A model generated the notes under the pieces. That model had not been told where the DNA came from. It worked only from the letters and a program-made list of their open reading frames with translations, and made no database searches. From assembly GCA_027491415.1 (NCBI GenBank), contig JAOZFH010000026.1, forward strand, positions 1 to 64,000: a DNA stretch of 64,000 nt. The letters run 5' to 3'. Of the stretch, positions 1-10,203 are shown piece by piece. Within the stretch, counting starts at the first letter, position 1. Each line of letters begins with the position of its first letter. Position numbers and translations under genes: made by a program. This stretch comes from Thermoproteota archaeon. GTDB taxonomy: Archaea > Korarchaeota > Korarchaeia > Korarchaeales > Korarchaeaceae.

Positions 1-7
1 CCGGGCG

Positions 8-2074
8 GTGGAGGCGCTCGCCGAGAGGGTCGGGATGGTCAGGGGCGCCGACGGCAGGTGGACCTTCGAGGGCAGGCCGGTCCTCCTGGTGGTGGCCTTC
101 AACGACGAAACCCTGCCGGACAGGGTCAGCCCAATGTACGACGAGTCCTCTAGGTGGATCCACAGGCTGGCCGTCTTCGACCCCCAAGACAGGGGGGAGG
201 ACCTGGCCGAGACCGTCAAGGGGCTTCTCAGGAGGCACGGCTTCGAGGTCAACGACTGGCGCGCCGGTTACGGCGGGCCCCTGAGGTCCACGCCCAGCTC
301 CCCGCACGTGCTCGTCCAGGCCATACCCCCCGGCTACCTGGTGGCCCCCGACTACATGTGGATGGGCTGGCTCTACTCCTACGACCCCCTCCCCTGGGCC
401 GACCGGGCCGACAGGTTCCTCAACCTCAGCAGGATATGGGAGCCCGTTTTCGGGCTGATCGAGGGCGTCGACTACGACGGGACCCCCTGCTCCGACCTCG
501 AGTGCACGGCCAGGCTCGCGGCTGACGTGGTGCTCAGGGGGGTGGAGGAGGGGTGGCCCAGGTGCTTCCTGTTCGAGGAGTACGACTACGTGCCGTACAG
601 CTCCGAGAGGGTGAGCTTCACCCACCTGGGGGTCGTCTACGGGCCCGTGGACCCGCTCGCCCTGATGACCGCCAGGACCCCCACGGGGACGCTCGCGGTC
701 GCCGTGCCGGAGGACGCCACCCTGTCGCCAGGCTCCCGGATCCCGGGCCTCTACCCCGGGTCGGGCCTCATACCCAACTTCGGGACCTTCGAGATGTCCC
801 AGTACGCCAAGTTCCCGCCGATCCACGAGTTCAGGGTGAGCCCCTTCTTCGCCTACAACGGCTGGGTGGGCTGGCTGGTGCACCAGCTCACGGTCTTCCA
901 GCTGGCCGTGGCCCACCCCACTCTCCTGGTCAGGGTCCCGATACCCGGGGTCGACTGGGCCGTGGCCAGGGGGTACAGGGGGCTGGGCTACACGGTGGAC
1001 GTCAGCTACCAGGGAGACCTGGGGATAAGCGCAAGGGAGGTCGAGGGGACCCTCGAGGCGCCCGTCGACCTGACGTCCTGGGACCCGATATCCCACTCTC
1101 CAATCGACGCCGAGGACTCCGGCCTGGCCAGCCTGGTGGAGATCAGGCTGCCCAACCTCAGCTACGGGTTCAGGAGCCTGGGGGAGGAGGACCTGATCTA
1201 CTGGATGCCTCAGCTCGTCGAGGAGGGCAGAGTCGTAATGGAGAATGAGAAACCTAGGTGGAGCCCCAGGGCCTGGACCCCGACCTGCTGGCTCTGGCTG
1301 CCGAGCGACAACGTTGCTGGGTGGAGCGTAGAAGGAGACAGGGTTCTTATAGGCCTCAAGGAGGCCGGGTGGCATAGAAGAGAACTTCTGGCGCACCTGC
1401 TCCCACCTCCCAATCCCGTGGCGGCCGCTTCCACGCTGGGCCAAGCCATGCCCATCTTCGGCCTGCCCTGGGAGCTTGAGGAGGCTGCGAGCAGAGTATC
1501 CGAGGGAGAGGACTACCCGACTGTAAACCTACTCGACCCGGAGTGGGCTCGGAAGATAGCCAGCGAACTCGCAAAGATGGCCAAGGAGAAATACGTCCCG
1601 CCCCAGCTGGAGGGCCTCGTCTCCCCAGGAGAGGCCGCCGAGCGCTACGTCGAGCTGGCCAGGAGGATACACGACCAGGGGCACGCCGTGATAAGCTGCG
1701 GGCCCTTCCGCGTGGAGGCCATCCTGGCCCAGGGTATCCTCATAGTCAGGAACGAGGAGTGGCCAGGCTGGAGCGGCCTGGAGGAGTGGCTGAGCATGGA
1801 CTTGGGGGACCTCTTCGCCGACTCGGGCTGGGAGCCCTGGGCCCCGTCCATACTGGAGGGCGCCCCCCGGCAAGGGGGATCCGCGCAACCCCGGCTCAAT
1901 CAGACCCCCTCCCCCGGTGGGGGGAATCGGACGCAGGCCGAGGGGACTACCCAGACACAGCCCGAGACGGGACCGAGGATTGGGGTGAGGTCCTGGCCGC
2001 TGCTGGCTGTCGGCCTGGCTGGCCTTGTCCTGAGCTTGGCCCTGGCCATCTACTGGGGCAGGAGAAGCGCGTAG
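8..2074 (+). CDS. ABC transporter extracellular solute-binding protein (family 5-like), 5' part probably outside window
   Basis: C-terminal GHAVISCGPF motif typical of archaeal peptide-binding proteins, then a G/T/Q/P-rich linker, a TM anchor and a basic tail; frame is open from the window start. Confidence 0.6.
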   Translation: MEALAERVGMVRGADGRWTFEGRPVLLVVAFNDETLPDRVSPMYDESSRWIHRLAVFDPQDRGEDLAETVKGLLRRHGFEVNDWRAGYGGPLRSTPSSPHVLVQAIPPGYLVAPDYMWMGWLYSYDPLPWADRADRFLNLSRIWEPVFGLIEGVDYDGTPCSDLECTARLAADVVLRGVEEGWPRCFLFEEYDYVPYSSERVSFTHLGVVYGPVDPLALMTARTPTGTLAVAVPEDATLSPGSRIPGLYPGSGLIPNFGTFEMSQYAKFPPIHEFRVSPFFAYNGWVGWLVHQLTVFQLAVAHPTLLVRVPIPGVDWAVARGYRGLGYTVDVSYQGDLGISAREVEGTLEAPVDLTSWDPISHSPIDAEDSGLASLVEIRLPNLSYGFRSLGEEDLIYWMPQLVEEGRVVMENEKPRWSPRAWTPTCWLWLPSDNVAGWSVEGDRVLIGLKEAGWHRRELLAHLLPPPNPVAAASTLGQAMPIFGLPWELEEAASRVSEGEDYPTVNLLDPEWARKIASELAKMAKEKYVPPQLEGLVSPGEAAERYVELARRIHDQGHAVISCGPFRVEAILAQGILIVRNEEWPGWSGLEEWLSMDLGDLFADSGWEPWAPSILEGAPRQGGSAQPRLNQTPSPGGGNRTQAEGTTQTQPETGPRIGVRSWPLLAVGLAGLVLSLALAIYWGRRSA

Positions 2075-2093
2075 AGAATCCTTCAGGTTAACG

Positions 2094-4642
2094 CTACTTT
2101 GGCGCTCCATACACCGTATCGGAGTCGGTGTCCCTGTCCCCCCACGTCGGGACCTCGCTGCTGCCGGCCAGGGCCTCCATCCACCCCTCATAGTACCCGC
2201 GCCAGTTCACGGGGATCTCCAGGTTCACGTAGACGCATGTCCCCGGCCCGCCTGGCCCCTCGTCCCTCCCGGTCCTTATCGGCTGTCCGGGCGGCGGCGC
2301 GAGCTTTCCGAAGACCCTGACCCACGTCGCCGGATCCTCGTCCCAGCCAGCGTTGTAGCCGTAGACCGTCACGTTGCGGTCGTTCTCCACCTGCGTTTTG
2401 GCGGACACGGGACCCGGCTCCACGAAGAAGCTCGTGGTGAGCCACGGGTACGTCACCGCCATCCAGTCCCCCGCGGGCTCCCCGTAGGGTATGTCGAAAC
2501 TCAGCGCGTACAGCGCGTAGACGTACGTGGCGCCGCCGTACGTCCTGCGCTCGAAGCCGACCGGCCCGGACGGCCTGCCCTCGGCGACCACCCGCGAGGG
2601 GCTCGCGACCCTCATGACCCAGTCCTCTGACTCCACCTCCCGCCTGCAGACGTAGCAGGCGTCCTCCTCCCCCTCCCCGGGGCCGTCGACGCAGTAGGCG
2701 AAGTAGTAGGTGCCAGACCCTCCCTTGTGCAGGTCCCCGGTGACCCGGTCGTACACGCACACCGGGCCGGTGGGGCAGTCGAAGTAGAAGTACTCGTCGC
2801 CCCACCCGTTCCTCCTCACGGTAACGCTCCTGGACTCGCTCCCGTAGTCCGTGACGACCCTCACCGAGTGGGTCCCGGGGCTGGTCGGGACGCTCAGGTC
2901 GCTGCCCCTGCCAACCCAGGACCCGTCCAGGTAGACGTCCCCCTCCAGGCTCTGGCCCGAGGAGCACCTCACGTGAACGTTTACGCCCTGGTCCCCCTGG
3001 CCCCCTCCGCCTCCACCCCCGCCCTGGCACCTGACGTAGAGCAGAGTCGAAGCCGAGGCTGAGGCCCCGTAGCCCATCGAGTCGTAGGCGTCCACCGCCA
3101 CGGAGCCCCTTAGCCAGTAGTCGCAGTCGGACATGCTGGCCACGCACCCGCTCCCGAAAGACCTCGACCAGGACCCTCCCGAGGGTTCGTCGGAGCCCGA
3201 GCCGCTCCTGCCGCTGGTTCCCGAGGCGCTCCAGGTCCACTCCGCCCTCTCAAGGTTCCCGTCGGGGTCGGAGGCGGCCATCGAGAAGGCCACGCACCTC
3301 CCCGGGCACCCGCACCCCAGCCAGCCGCTCTCGGCTCTGGCCGAGGCGGACACCACGGGGGCGTCGTTGAGCGTGAAGGTGTCGGAGTCCACCAGCTCCA
3401 GCCCTCCCCCCGTCACCGCCACCCCCACCACGGTCCACTCCCCTCCCAGGCCGTCCACGTAGACCTTGGAGGGATCCGTCTCCCTCACCGGGTTACCCTG
3501 GCGGTCCCTCTCGAGCTGCCTCCACATCACGACGCACTCCGCCGAGCACCTGTACCTCCTCAGCCAATCGCCGCCCGGGATCCTCTCGCAGTCGAAGTCC
3601 CTCAGCTCCACCTGCACGCTGTCCGGGTCCACGTCGGGGTTCCTCAGGAGCTCCTCCACGACGGGCTCGGCCCTCGAGCTGCACTCGCTCTCGAGCCTTG
3701 AGTTACACGAGTGGCAGTTCCCGGACCTGGCCCGGACGGTCCCGAGGCTCCGCTCCCTGTCCTCCCACCTGTAGAGGGATCCGGGGGGAGTCACCTCCGC
3801 GACTACGTCAGCCCAGCTCCCCGTGTGGTTCAGGGTGACCCCGTACTCCTTCCACAGGGACCCGGAGGGCGCGTAGATCCTCAGGGTGACGTTCCTCTCG
3901 CTGCTGTGGATCAAGACGTTGAAAGCCTGGAGCCTCCCCACCACGTCCTCCAGGACCTCGACCTCTATGAAGGGCCGCTCCCCTCCGGATTCAACGCCCA
4001 TCACCAGCGAGCTGTCGCTCCCACCGCTGGCCGACGCGGTGAGGTTTGAGGCGAGGCCCTCGCACGTCACGTTGACCGTCACGGTGACCGTCGCGGACTC
4101 CATGTACCCCAGCGTTACCCGGGAGGGGCTGACCGACGAGCCGTATCCGCAGGCCAGGTCCCCGGCGGACAGGTATATCACGCCGGCCTCCCCGGCGTTT
4201 ATCAGGGTGAACTGGACCGACCTGACCCCCCCGACCTCCGCGCTCTCGTTCTCAGGGACGAGCACGGGGATCGGTCCATGGATCGGGGGGCCGCCACGAC
4301 CGTAGTCGCGAGCCAGCTCGAGCCCTCCGTCACGTTGAAGCTTATGGAGACCACCGAGCCCCCGGCCGCGTCGCTGGCCGAGACCGAGTAGGTAAGCCCG
4401 AGCCCCACCGCCGCCAGCTCCTCCCTGGCCCTCTCCATCTCCGCCGAGCACATGGCCTCGGCCGTCCCGGCGTCCCATTGCGCCGCGACCTGGGCCACGG
4501 ACTCAGCCCTCCTGAGCACGGAGTCGAATGCCGAGTATACGTCCGTGGGGGCGGAGATCTCCACGGGCTGGGCGAGGAAGACGGCTCCAACTGCGAGGGC
4601 CAGCGCGACGAGGAATACGGCAGCCAGCGCGACCGAAGACAT
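2094..4642 (-). CDS. Large Cys-rich secreted/surface protein (Ig/PEGA-like domains), split by a frameshift at ~4285-4290
   Basis: ORF 4202..4642 supplies the signal peptide; ORF 2094..4478 supplies beta-rich domains, a poly-Gly linker and a PEGA-like VYLDGSWVG...PGTHSVRV segment; one extra C in the C6 run joins them. Confidence 0.6.
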
Positions 4643-4707
4643 TCCCGGCGGCGCCGCCCGGGTAGACGTGAAAAAGTGTTCGCGCAGCCCGCGGACGGGG
4701 AGAACTG

Positions 4708-5189
4708 TTAGCCGCTATCAGTTAACGCGCACGAGGAGAGCCGAGCAGCCAGAGCCCTCCCGCCTCCGAACGGGGGCTCTTCACTCGCGATGAGGGCCTC
4801 ACCCCACACTAAGAAAGCAACCGCGAAACAGTAGTCGTAGACCCACCGCCGGTCAGGCCATGCAGGCGCAGGAGTCAGATAGACGGCAGCGGCGGCGATG
4901 GCCATGAGGAGAGAGTAGCTGCTGTCTTGGGGGTTGCTCCCCTGAAGACGGCGACGGCGACCTGATAGAAGAGCAAGGTAGCGAGGGCGAGGAGATCGTT
5001 GCCAAAGATCAATGAGGCTCCTTCGACCCTCTCCGCGCCGGAGATTAGCCAGGTTGGTGGGAAGAAGTAGGTAACAAAGAGAAAGGCGAGGAGCCACGCC
5101 TCTGGGGGGCCCAGTCTCGAGATCCAGCTTCTACTTTGTCGGCCTCTCTCAGACTTCACCAGCGCTCGCAGTGACACCTGTAGCTCCAC
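4708..5189 (-). pseudogene. Frameshifted, truncated paralog of the adjacent membrane protein 5149..5781
   Basis: LLFYQVAVAVFR (4875..5189 frame) and WVYDYCFAVAFLVWGEALI (4708..5097 frame) align with LLSYQVVVALRR and WLIAYYFPLCLLAWAEWLI of the neighbour. Confidence 0.6.
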
Positions 5190-5781
5190 CCCTCAACGCA
5201 GCATTAGGGGCCTCGACGTACCCCCACACCCGTACGGATGCTCCCCTCAGCAGCAGAACCGAATCCATCGCGACGACCGACAGCGAGGCCAATCCTAGGG
5301 CGGATGTGGTGATCGCGAGGTAGGAGGGGACGGCAGCCTCGGCTAGGCCCAGAGCCGCATGATAGAGCAGAGGTCCCCCGATGAGTGCGAAGGACAGTGA
5401 GACCAGCGGGATGAGGGTGAACCTCCTACCCTCCCGGATCAGCCACTCGGCCCAGGCCAATAGGCACAGTGGAAAGTAGTAGGCGATGAGCCAGTAAAAT
5501 CCCACGCACGCCGCTGGGCCGGAGAGGAGGGCCAAGAAAAGCAGGACCCCCGTGAGGAGCGGGTGTATCAGGCTCCAACCACTCAACCTCCTCCTCAGGG
5601 CGACGACAACCTGGTAGGAGAGCAGGACGGCTAGTATAACTGAAGGTGGGTTCAGTCTCGCGGAAATCTGAGACACTAGCCCCAGCAGGCTTCGGCCTTG
5701 GACGCAGTCGAGGCCCAAGAGAACCCCACCTAGGAGAAGTTCAAAGGGGCCAAACCTCTTTCTTCTCAATTCACTCCCCAC
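5149..5781 (-). CDS. Multi-pass membrane protein, candidate immunity/accessory protein
   Basis: About 6 hydrophobic segments; lies directly downstream of the Cys-rich precursor on the same strand. Confidence 0.6.
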   Translation of the reverse strand: MGSELRRKRFGPFELLLGGVLLGLDCVQGRSLLGLVSQISARLNPPSVILAVLLSYQVVVALRRRLSGWSLIHPLLTGVLLFLALLSGPAACVGFYWLIAYYFPLCLLAWAEWLIREGRRFTLIPLVSLSFALIGGPLLYHAALGLAEAAVPSYLAITTSALGLASLSVVAMDSVLLLRGASVRVWGYVEAPNAALRGGATGVTASAGEV

Positions 5782-5797
5782 CCGCCAATTATGGTGA

Positions 5798-6670
5798 TCA
5801 CCAATGAGAACAATGGCATCGGTAGCTCCAACCGCCTGTGCAACAATACGAGCAGGAGCTAAGGCCAGCCGCGCACGTCATGCATCCTCCACAGGCTGCC
5901 CAATTCCCCAGTAAGCAAGCCAAACACACGATAGAGCATCCTATGTTTCTAGCCCCGCACCTTATCAAGCACGAGTCGTCCCAGTCGGTGCAGTACCTGC
6001 TGCAAACCCCGTAGTACCCCGGCGGGCAGTAGGGGTCGCAGTCCTCGTCCCTCTGGCAGGATATGTAGTCCGGCCTATATACGTTGGTGGGTCCCACGAC
6101 CGACTTGGTGAGAACCGGAGCGGGCGGACGCTGAGGATCCTGAAGGAGCCGAGCCAATCCCGGCAAGAGGATTAGCCTTCCCTCGTAGATGTAGGCCAGG
6201 TGGAGGAGCTCACCCCCCTCGGGCTCCCAGAGCAGCACCTCCCCTCTCCTGGTGGGGTTCTCTTCGCCCTCTATGGTCACGCCCACTATGGCAATGGGGA
6301 ACTCGGGGATTCCTCCCTTGGCCAAGGCGTGCCTGACGCCCGGGGCTCCGTAAGTCGCTATCAGCAGCCGCAACTCCCCGGAGGGAGACATGAACCTGAT
6401 CATCGAGGCATTGAGCAGCGTTGGAAGTCCAATGGCGCTGGTTAACATCTCCAGTTCTGAGGACAGACCGGCTCCAAGCAGCCCCGGAAGTTCGGTAGAC
6501 GAGACTTCAAATCCTCCGAGGTACCTCAGGTCGCCTCCGCCCCCCGCCCTGACCGCGCAACAGCATCCGCCACCCGTCTGGGTGGGCGAGGCTAACGCCG
6601 AACTGGGGGTGAGGATCATAGCCACGAGAGACGACAGGATCACGAGGCTGATGAGCTTTTTGCTCATCAT
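5798..6670 (-). CDS. Secreted precursor with C-terminal Cys-rich domain (halocin C8-like architecture)
   Basis: Sec-type signal peptide ending ...SSALA; 290 aa; 18 Cys in the last ~86 aa; G-rich RBS upstream. Confidence 0.6.
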   Translation of the reverse strand: MMSKKLISLVILSSLVAMILTPSSALASPTQTGGGCCCAVRAGGGGDLRYLGGFEVSSTELPGLLGAGLSSELEMLTSAIGLPTLLNASMIRFMSPSGELRLLIATYGAPGVRHALAKGGIPEFPIAIVGVTIEGEENPTRRGEVLLWEPEGGELLHLAYIYEGRLILLPGLARLLQDPQRPPAPVLTKSVVGPTNVYRPDYISCQRDEDCDPYCPPGYYGVCSRYCTDWDDSCLIRCGARNIGCSIVCLACLLGNWAACGGCMTCAAGLSSCSYCCTGGWSYRCHCSHW

Positions 6671-6705
6671 CAGCCCCCCATTAAAGTGAGTTATTTTTCC
6701 TAACT

Positions 6706-6759
6706 ACACCTGTAATATGCATTTTAATATAAATGTATTTGTTACAGGTGTTATATAAC
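6706..6759 (-). promoter_or_regulatory. AT-rich promoter (TATA-like TTTATATTAAAA) flanked by a 10-bp inverted repeat, candidate operator
   Basis: ACACCTGTAA 6706-6715 and TTACAGGTGT 6742-6751; palindrome GTTATATAAC 6750-6759. Confidence 0.55.
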
Positions 6760-7262
6760 GCTATATTTGCTAAATCAACCGATTGATCACCATCTTCCCC
6801 CTTAAACGTGGATTATTCGAAATAGGGGTCCCTCGAGCTGGAACGAACCGGCGGGCGCGGAGACACGGTTGGGCAGGCCACAACTGAGAGCGAAGGGCCC
6901 CCATGTTAGGTGAGGGGGAGCGGAGCGTAGGGGAACTCCCTGATCTAGGCGAGTGAGGAGGCTGAGCTGTCTTATTGAGAGCGCGCAGCCTCTGGTAGGG
7001 AACCGGGGACATTGGCCTTACTCCAAGCGCCGGGTTGGGCCTGAGCGACTGGGGAACCCTACCTCCGCGTCAACTCGCTGGCTGGGGTCTCCAGGGTGGG
7101 GCCTCTCTGAGTTCGGGAATTGACAGCAGGGCCGACTGAGGGATAAGGAACTCTCCGAATAGTAGGTATGGTTAAAGTCGTTGCGAAGGTGCCGACCGGC
7201 CTCTCTTCCCGCGGACCGCGGTGACGTGGTATAAGGAGGTGGCCGGAGAAGATGCTGAACTG

Positions 7263-7589
7263 TCAGGAGTACTCCCGCCACGTGTACTTGCACTTGACGC
7301 AGGTGTAGATCCTGGTGGGGGGCTCGTCCGCCGACCTGGTCTGCTCTATCCTCAGGTAGGCCTCGGTGTGCCCGCACTTCGGGCACACGGCCTTGACCTT
7401 GGGGAGGGAGATGAGTTCCTCTGGGTTCTCTATCACGACGACCTTGTTCTCGGGGCTGGCGGCGACCCTCCTGGTTATGTTGAGGGCCCTCCCCTCGGTC
7501 CCCTCGTACCCGCACCTAGGGCACTTGAACACGACCTTGCCGTCCTCGACCTTGGGAGACATCAGGGCCCCGCATTTCGGGCAGATCAA
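7263..7589 (-). CDS. tfs: Transcription factor S (TFS/RpoM)
   Basis: Two Zn ribbons and the QTRSADEP acidic hairpin. Confidence 0.93.
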   Translation of the reverse strand: MICPKCGALMSPKVEDGKVVFKCPRCGYEGTEGRALNITRRVAASPENKVVVIENPEELISLPKVKAVCPKCGHTEAYLRIEQTRSADEPPTRIYTCVKCKYTWREYS

Positions 7590-7686
7590 TCCTATCCCTC
7601 GGTTCGGTTCTCCGGGCGTGGCGATTAATCTAGTTTGCGCGGGCGACGGGCCAACCGTTAATTAGGTCCCGGGAAGGGGTGGTCCG

Positions 7687-8193
7687 ATGAGCCACCGCCG
7701 CGTCTCAGTCCCCAGAGTTCCGCTCAGACTTCCGTCGAGGCACAGGAGGAGGCGGGTGGCCGTCATAGTGGACGGCCCCAACATGCTCAGGAAGGAGCTG
7801 GGTGTGGACCTCGAGGAAATCTCGAAGGTGGCCTCTGATCTGGGAAACGTCAGGGTTAAGGTGGTCGTGCTGGACAGAAAGGCTCCAGAGAAGCTTGTGG
7901 AGGCCGTTATGAATGCGGGCTACAAGGCGCTGATCTCCCCGGGCAAGCCGGAGGTCGACTTCACGATCGCCGCCATGGACACGATACACGACGACAAGAT
8001 AGACGCCCTGGCCCTCGCAACGAGGTCGGCGGCCTACCTCCCGCTGGTTTACCGGGCGAAGGAGGCTGGAAAGGAGGTTGCGGTGATCGGGGCCGAGCCG
8101 GGCTTCAGCGTGGCGCTCAGGAAGGCGGCCGACGCCTCATTCACCGTGGGATCTCCTTCTCCTTCCTACGAGGGCCCTGAGGAAGAAGAGTGA
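7687..8193 (+). CDS. NYN/PIN domain protein (TIGR00288-like)
   Basis: IVDGPNMLRKE, VDFTIAAMD and GAEPGFSVAL motifs. Confidence 0.85.
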   Translation: MSHRRVSVPRVPLRLPSRHRRRRVAVIVDGPNMLRKELGVDLEEISKVASDLGNVRVKVVVLDRKAPEKLVEAVMNAGYKALISPGKPEVDFTIAAMDTIHDDKIDALALATRSAAYLPLVYRAKEAGKEVAVIGAEPGFSVALRKAADASFTVGSPSPSYEGPEEEE

Positions 8194-9234
8194 GGCTATG
8201 GAGAACAGGAGGGCAGCCGCGAGCCCCAGGGCGAGCACCACCGCCCCCACCCTGCCGAGCAGGTACTCGCCGGCATAGTAGGCCATCAGCCAGGCAGAGA
8301 AGGAGACCGCCACCGCCAGCAGCTTCTCCACGTAGTCCCCCCGCTTCGTGGCGTACGACTCTATCGCGCTGCCGAGGAAGGCCGCTGACGTGAATAGGAA
8401 GAAGAGGTGGGACGTGTTCCTCAGCACGGTGCCGATCACCACGCCCGTCGGGTTGCTTCCTATCATGCTCGAGGCCGTCCTGTAGGCCTGAAAGGCGCTG
8501 ACGGCTATGCCAGTGAGCCCGAAGAACAGCGAGAAGATGCCGGTGGCTCCGCCGAAGTACTTGACGACCCTCACCAGTTTGCTGGTTATCGAGAAGCCCT
8601 TCTCCATCAGGAGGACCCCGAGGAAGAGTATGAACCCGGTGGCCAGGTACCTCTGGAGGTTCAGCAGGGAGAGTATGCCAGCCAGCGCCAGGAGCGCGCC
8701 GGGTATGCCCAAGGCGTAGGCCCTGGCCTCCGGGCTCTCGAGCAGCCTCTCTATGTACCTCCTTATGAGGAGGTACGTCTCCTCCAGCTGCGGGCTCTGC
8801 TGAACCACAATGCGCCTGACGCTTATCGTCGGCACGAACTTGAGGAGGAGGGGGATAACCCTCTCGTCGTCGACGCCGTCAGAGACCAGGATGGCGTGAT
8901 CCGGCCGGAACGTGGAGGTCACCTCGGCCATCTGCCTGATGATCTCCTGGTCCGCGATCAGCTCGCTGGTGTGGTGCCCGGTTATGGTGGCCACCAGCAC
9001 CTCGGCCTCCGGCAGCTCCCGCTTTACCTCTTCGGCCACCTTGACGGCCCCGAATATGGCGTTCGCGTCGGCCTCCTGAGGGTCGGCGAGCGCGAGCCTC
9101 GTCGCGGCCTCGGTGTTGGCCTCGACGCCGACCACAGGGCCCCTCAGGCCGGTCTTCAGGCCGAGATCGTCATCTCGGTCGACGCACAAGATGAGCACTC
9201 GTCGTGGAGTTCCCTCGGGGCCCCTGGTGACCAA
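8137..9234 (-). CDS. DUF373 family membrane protein
   Basis: LILCVDRDDDLG...DPQEADANA, LVSDGVDDE and VVQQS motifs, then TM helices. Confidence 0.88.
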   Translation of the reverse strand: MVTRGPEGTPRRVLILCVDRDDDLGLKTGLRGPVVGVEANTEAATRLALADPQEADANAIFGAVKVAEEVKRELPEAEVLVATITGHHTSELIADQEIIRQMAEVTSTFRPDHAILVSDGVDDERVIPLLLKFVPTISVRRIVVQQSPQLEETYLLIRRYIERLLESPEARAYALGIPGALLALAGILSLLNLQRYLATGFILFLGVLLMEKGFSITSKLVRVVKYFGGATGIFSLFFGLTGIAVSAFQAYRTASSMIGSNPTGVVIGTVLRNTSHLFFLFTSAAFLGSAIESYATKRGDYVEKLLAVAVSFSAWLMAYYAGEYLLGRVGAVVLALGLAAALLFSIASLFFLRALVGRRRRSHGE

Positions 9235-9288
9235 TCCTATCGCGTGCCCCCGGGCGCCCGGGAATTAAAAATGTGGGTTGAGGCGAGG

Positions 9289-10203
9289 CTAGCTGGAGGA
9301 CGCCGGGCTCCCCTCGAGGAGGCCCGCCTCCATGAGGGCCCTGAGCTCCTCCAGTGTCAGCTTCTCGCCGGCCTTGTACTTCTCCAGGGCCTCCTGGGCG
9401 AGCCTGGTCTTGATCTGCTCCTCCGTCAGCCTGGCGGCGGCCTGCATGTCCTCGTAGGCCTTCTTGAGGAACTCCCTAGTCTGCGTTATCTGCTGGAACA
9501 GCTCGTCCATCCGGGCCTTCATCTCGTCAACCTTGCCGCTCTTCTCCTCTATCTCCTTGCTGAGCTCGTCTATCTGAGGCCTTATCTCGTCGAGCTCCCT
9601 GATCAGCTCCGAGATCTCGCCGTTGATCTCCGAGATCTTAGCCTTGAGCTCCTTGATCTTCTCCCCGGTGTCCCTGATGAAGAACCTCCACCTTTCCGCC
9701 TCGGCCATGATCTCGATGTACCTCCTCTTGAGCTTCTTGGCCTCCATGAGAGTCTGGAGCTGGGCCTCCAAGTGGCTTATCCTCACCACCAGGTCCCTCT
9801 CCGCGTCCCTCGAGAGGGGCTGGGTCTCGATCCGCCTCTCCAGGGCCGCTATCCTCCTCCTCAGTACCCTCTCAGGGACACCGACCTCCGCCATGAGGCT
9901 CTCGTACCTGTTCTTTATCTCGGTAGCCTCCTTCTTGGCCTTTCGGTACTCCTCGATGACCTTCCTCCTCTCCTCAAAGAGCTTCTCGACCTCCTCCCTG
10001 ATCTTCTTTCTCTCCTCGATCAGCTCCCTTATCTTGGCCCTCTTGCTTCGCACCTGCTCGATGAGCTCCCTCCTCTTCTCCCTGAGGCCCTTCAGGTCCT
10101 CGATGATGGCCCTCCTCTCGTCCCGGATGGAGAGAAGCTTCGCTCTAAGGTCTTCAACCCTACGCCGGAGATCGTCAAGATCCTGCGCCTGTGCTGCTCC
10201 CAT
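9289..10203 (-). CDS. Archaeal coiled-coil protein (COG1340-like)
   Basis: Long heptad repeats, IETQPLSRDAERDLV, C-terminal GEKLTLEEL; start taken at ATG 10203. Confidence 0.8.
   Translation of the reverse strand: MGAAQAQDLDDLRRRVEDLRAKLLSIRDERRAIIEDLKGLREKRRELIEQVRSKRAKIRELIEERKKIREEVEKLFEERRKVIEEYRKAKKEATEIKNRYESLMAEVGVPERVLRRRIAALERRIETQPLSRDAERDLVVRISHLEAQLQTLMEAKKLKRRYIEIMAEAERWRFFIRDTGEKIKELKAKISEINGEISELIRELDEIRPQIDELSKEIEEKSGKVDEMKARMDELFQQITQTREFLKKAYEDMQAAARLTEEQIKTRLAQEALEKYKAGEKLTLEELRALMEAGLLEGSPASSS

Noticed and set aside
6880-7200. Possible RNase P or SRP RNA
   Set aside because: Could not find the conserved P4 or SRP helix 8 signatures
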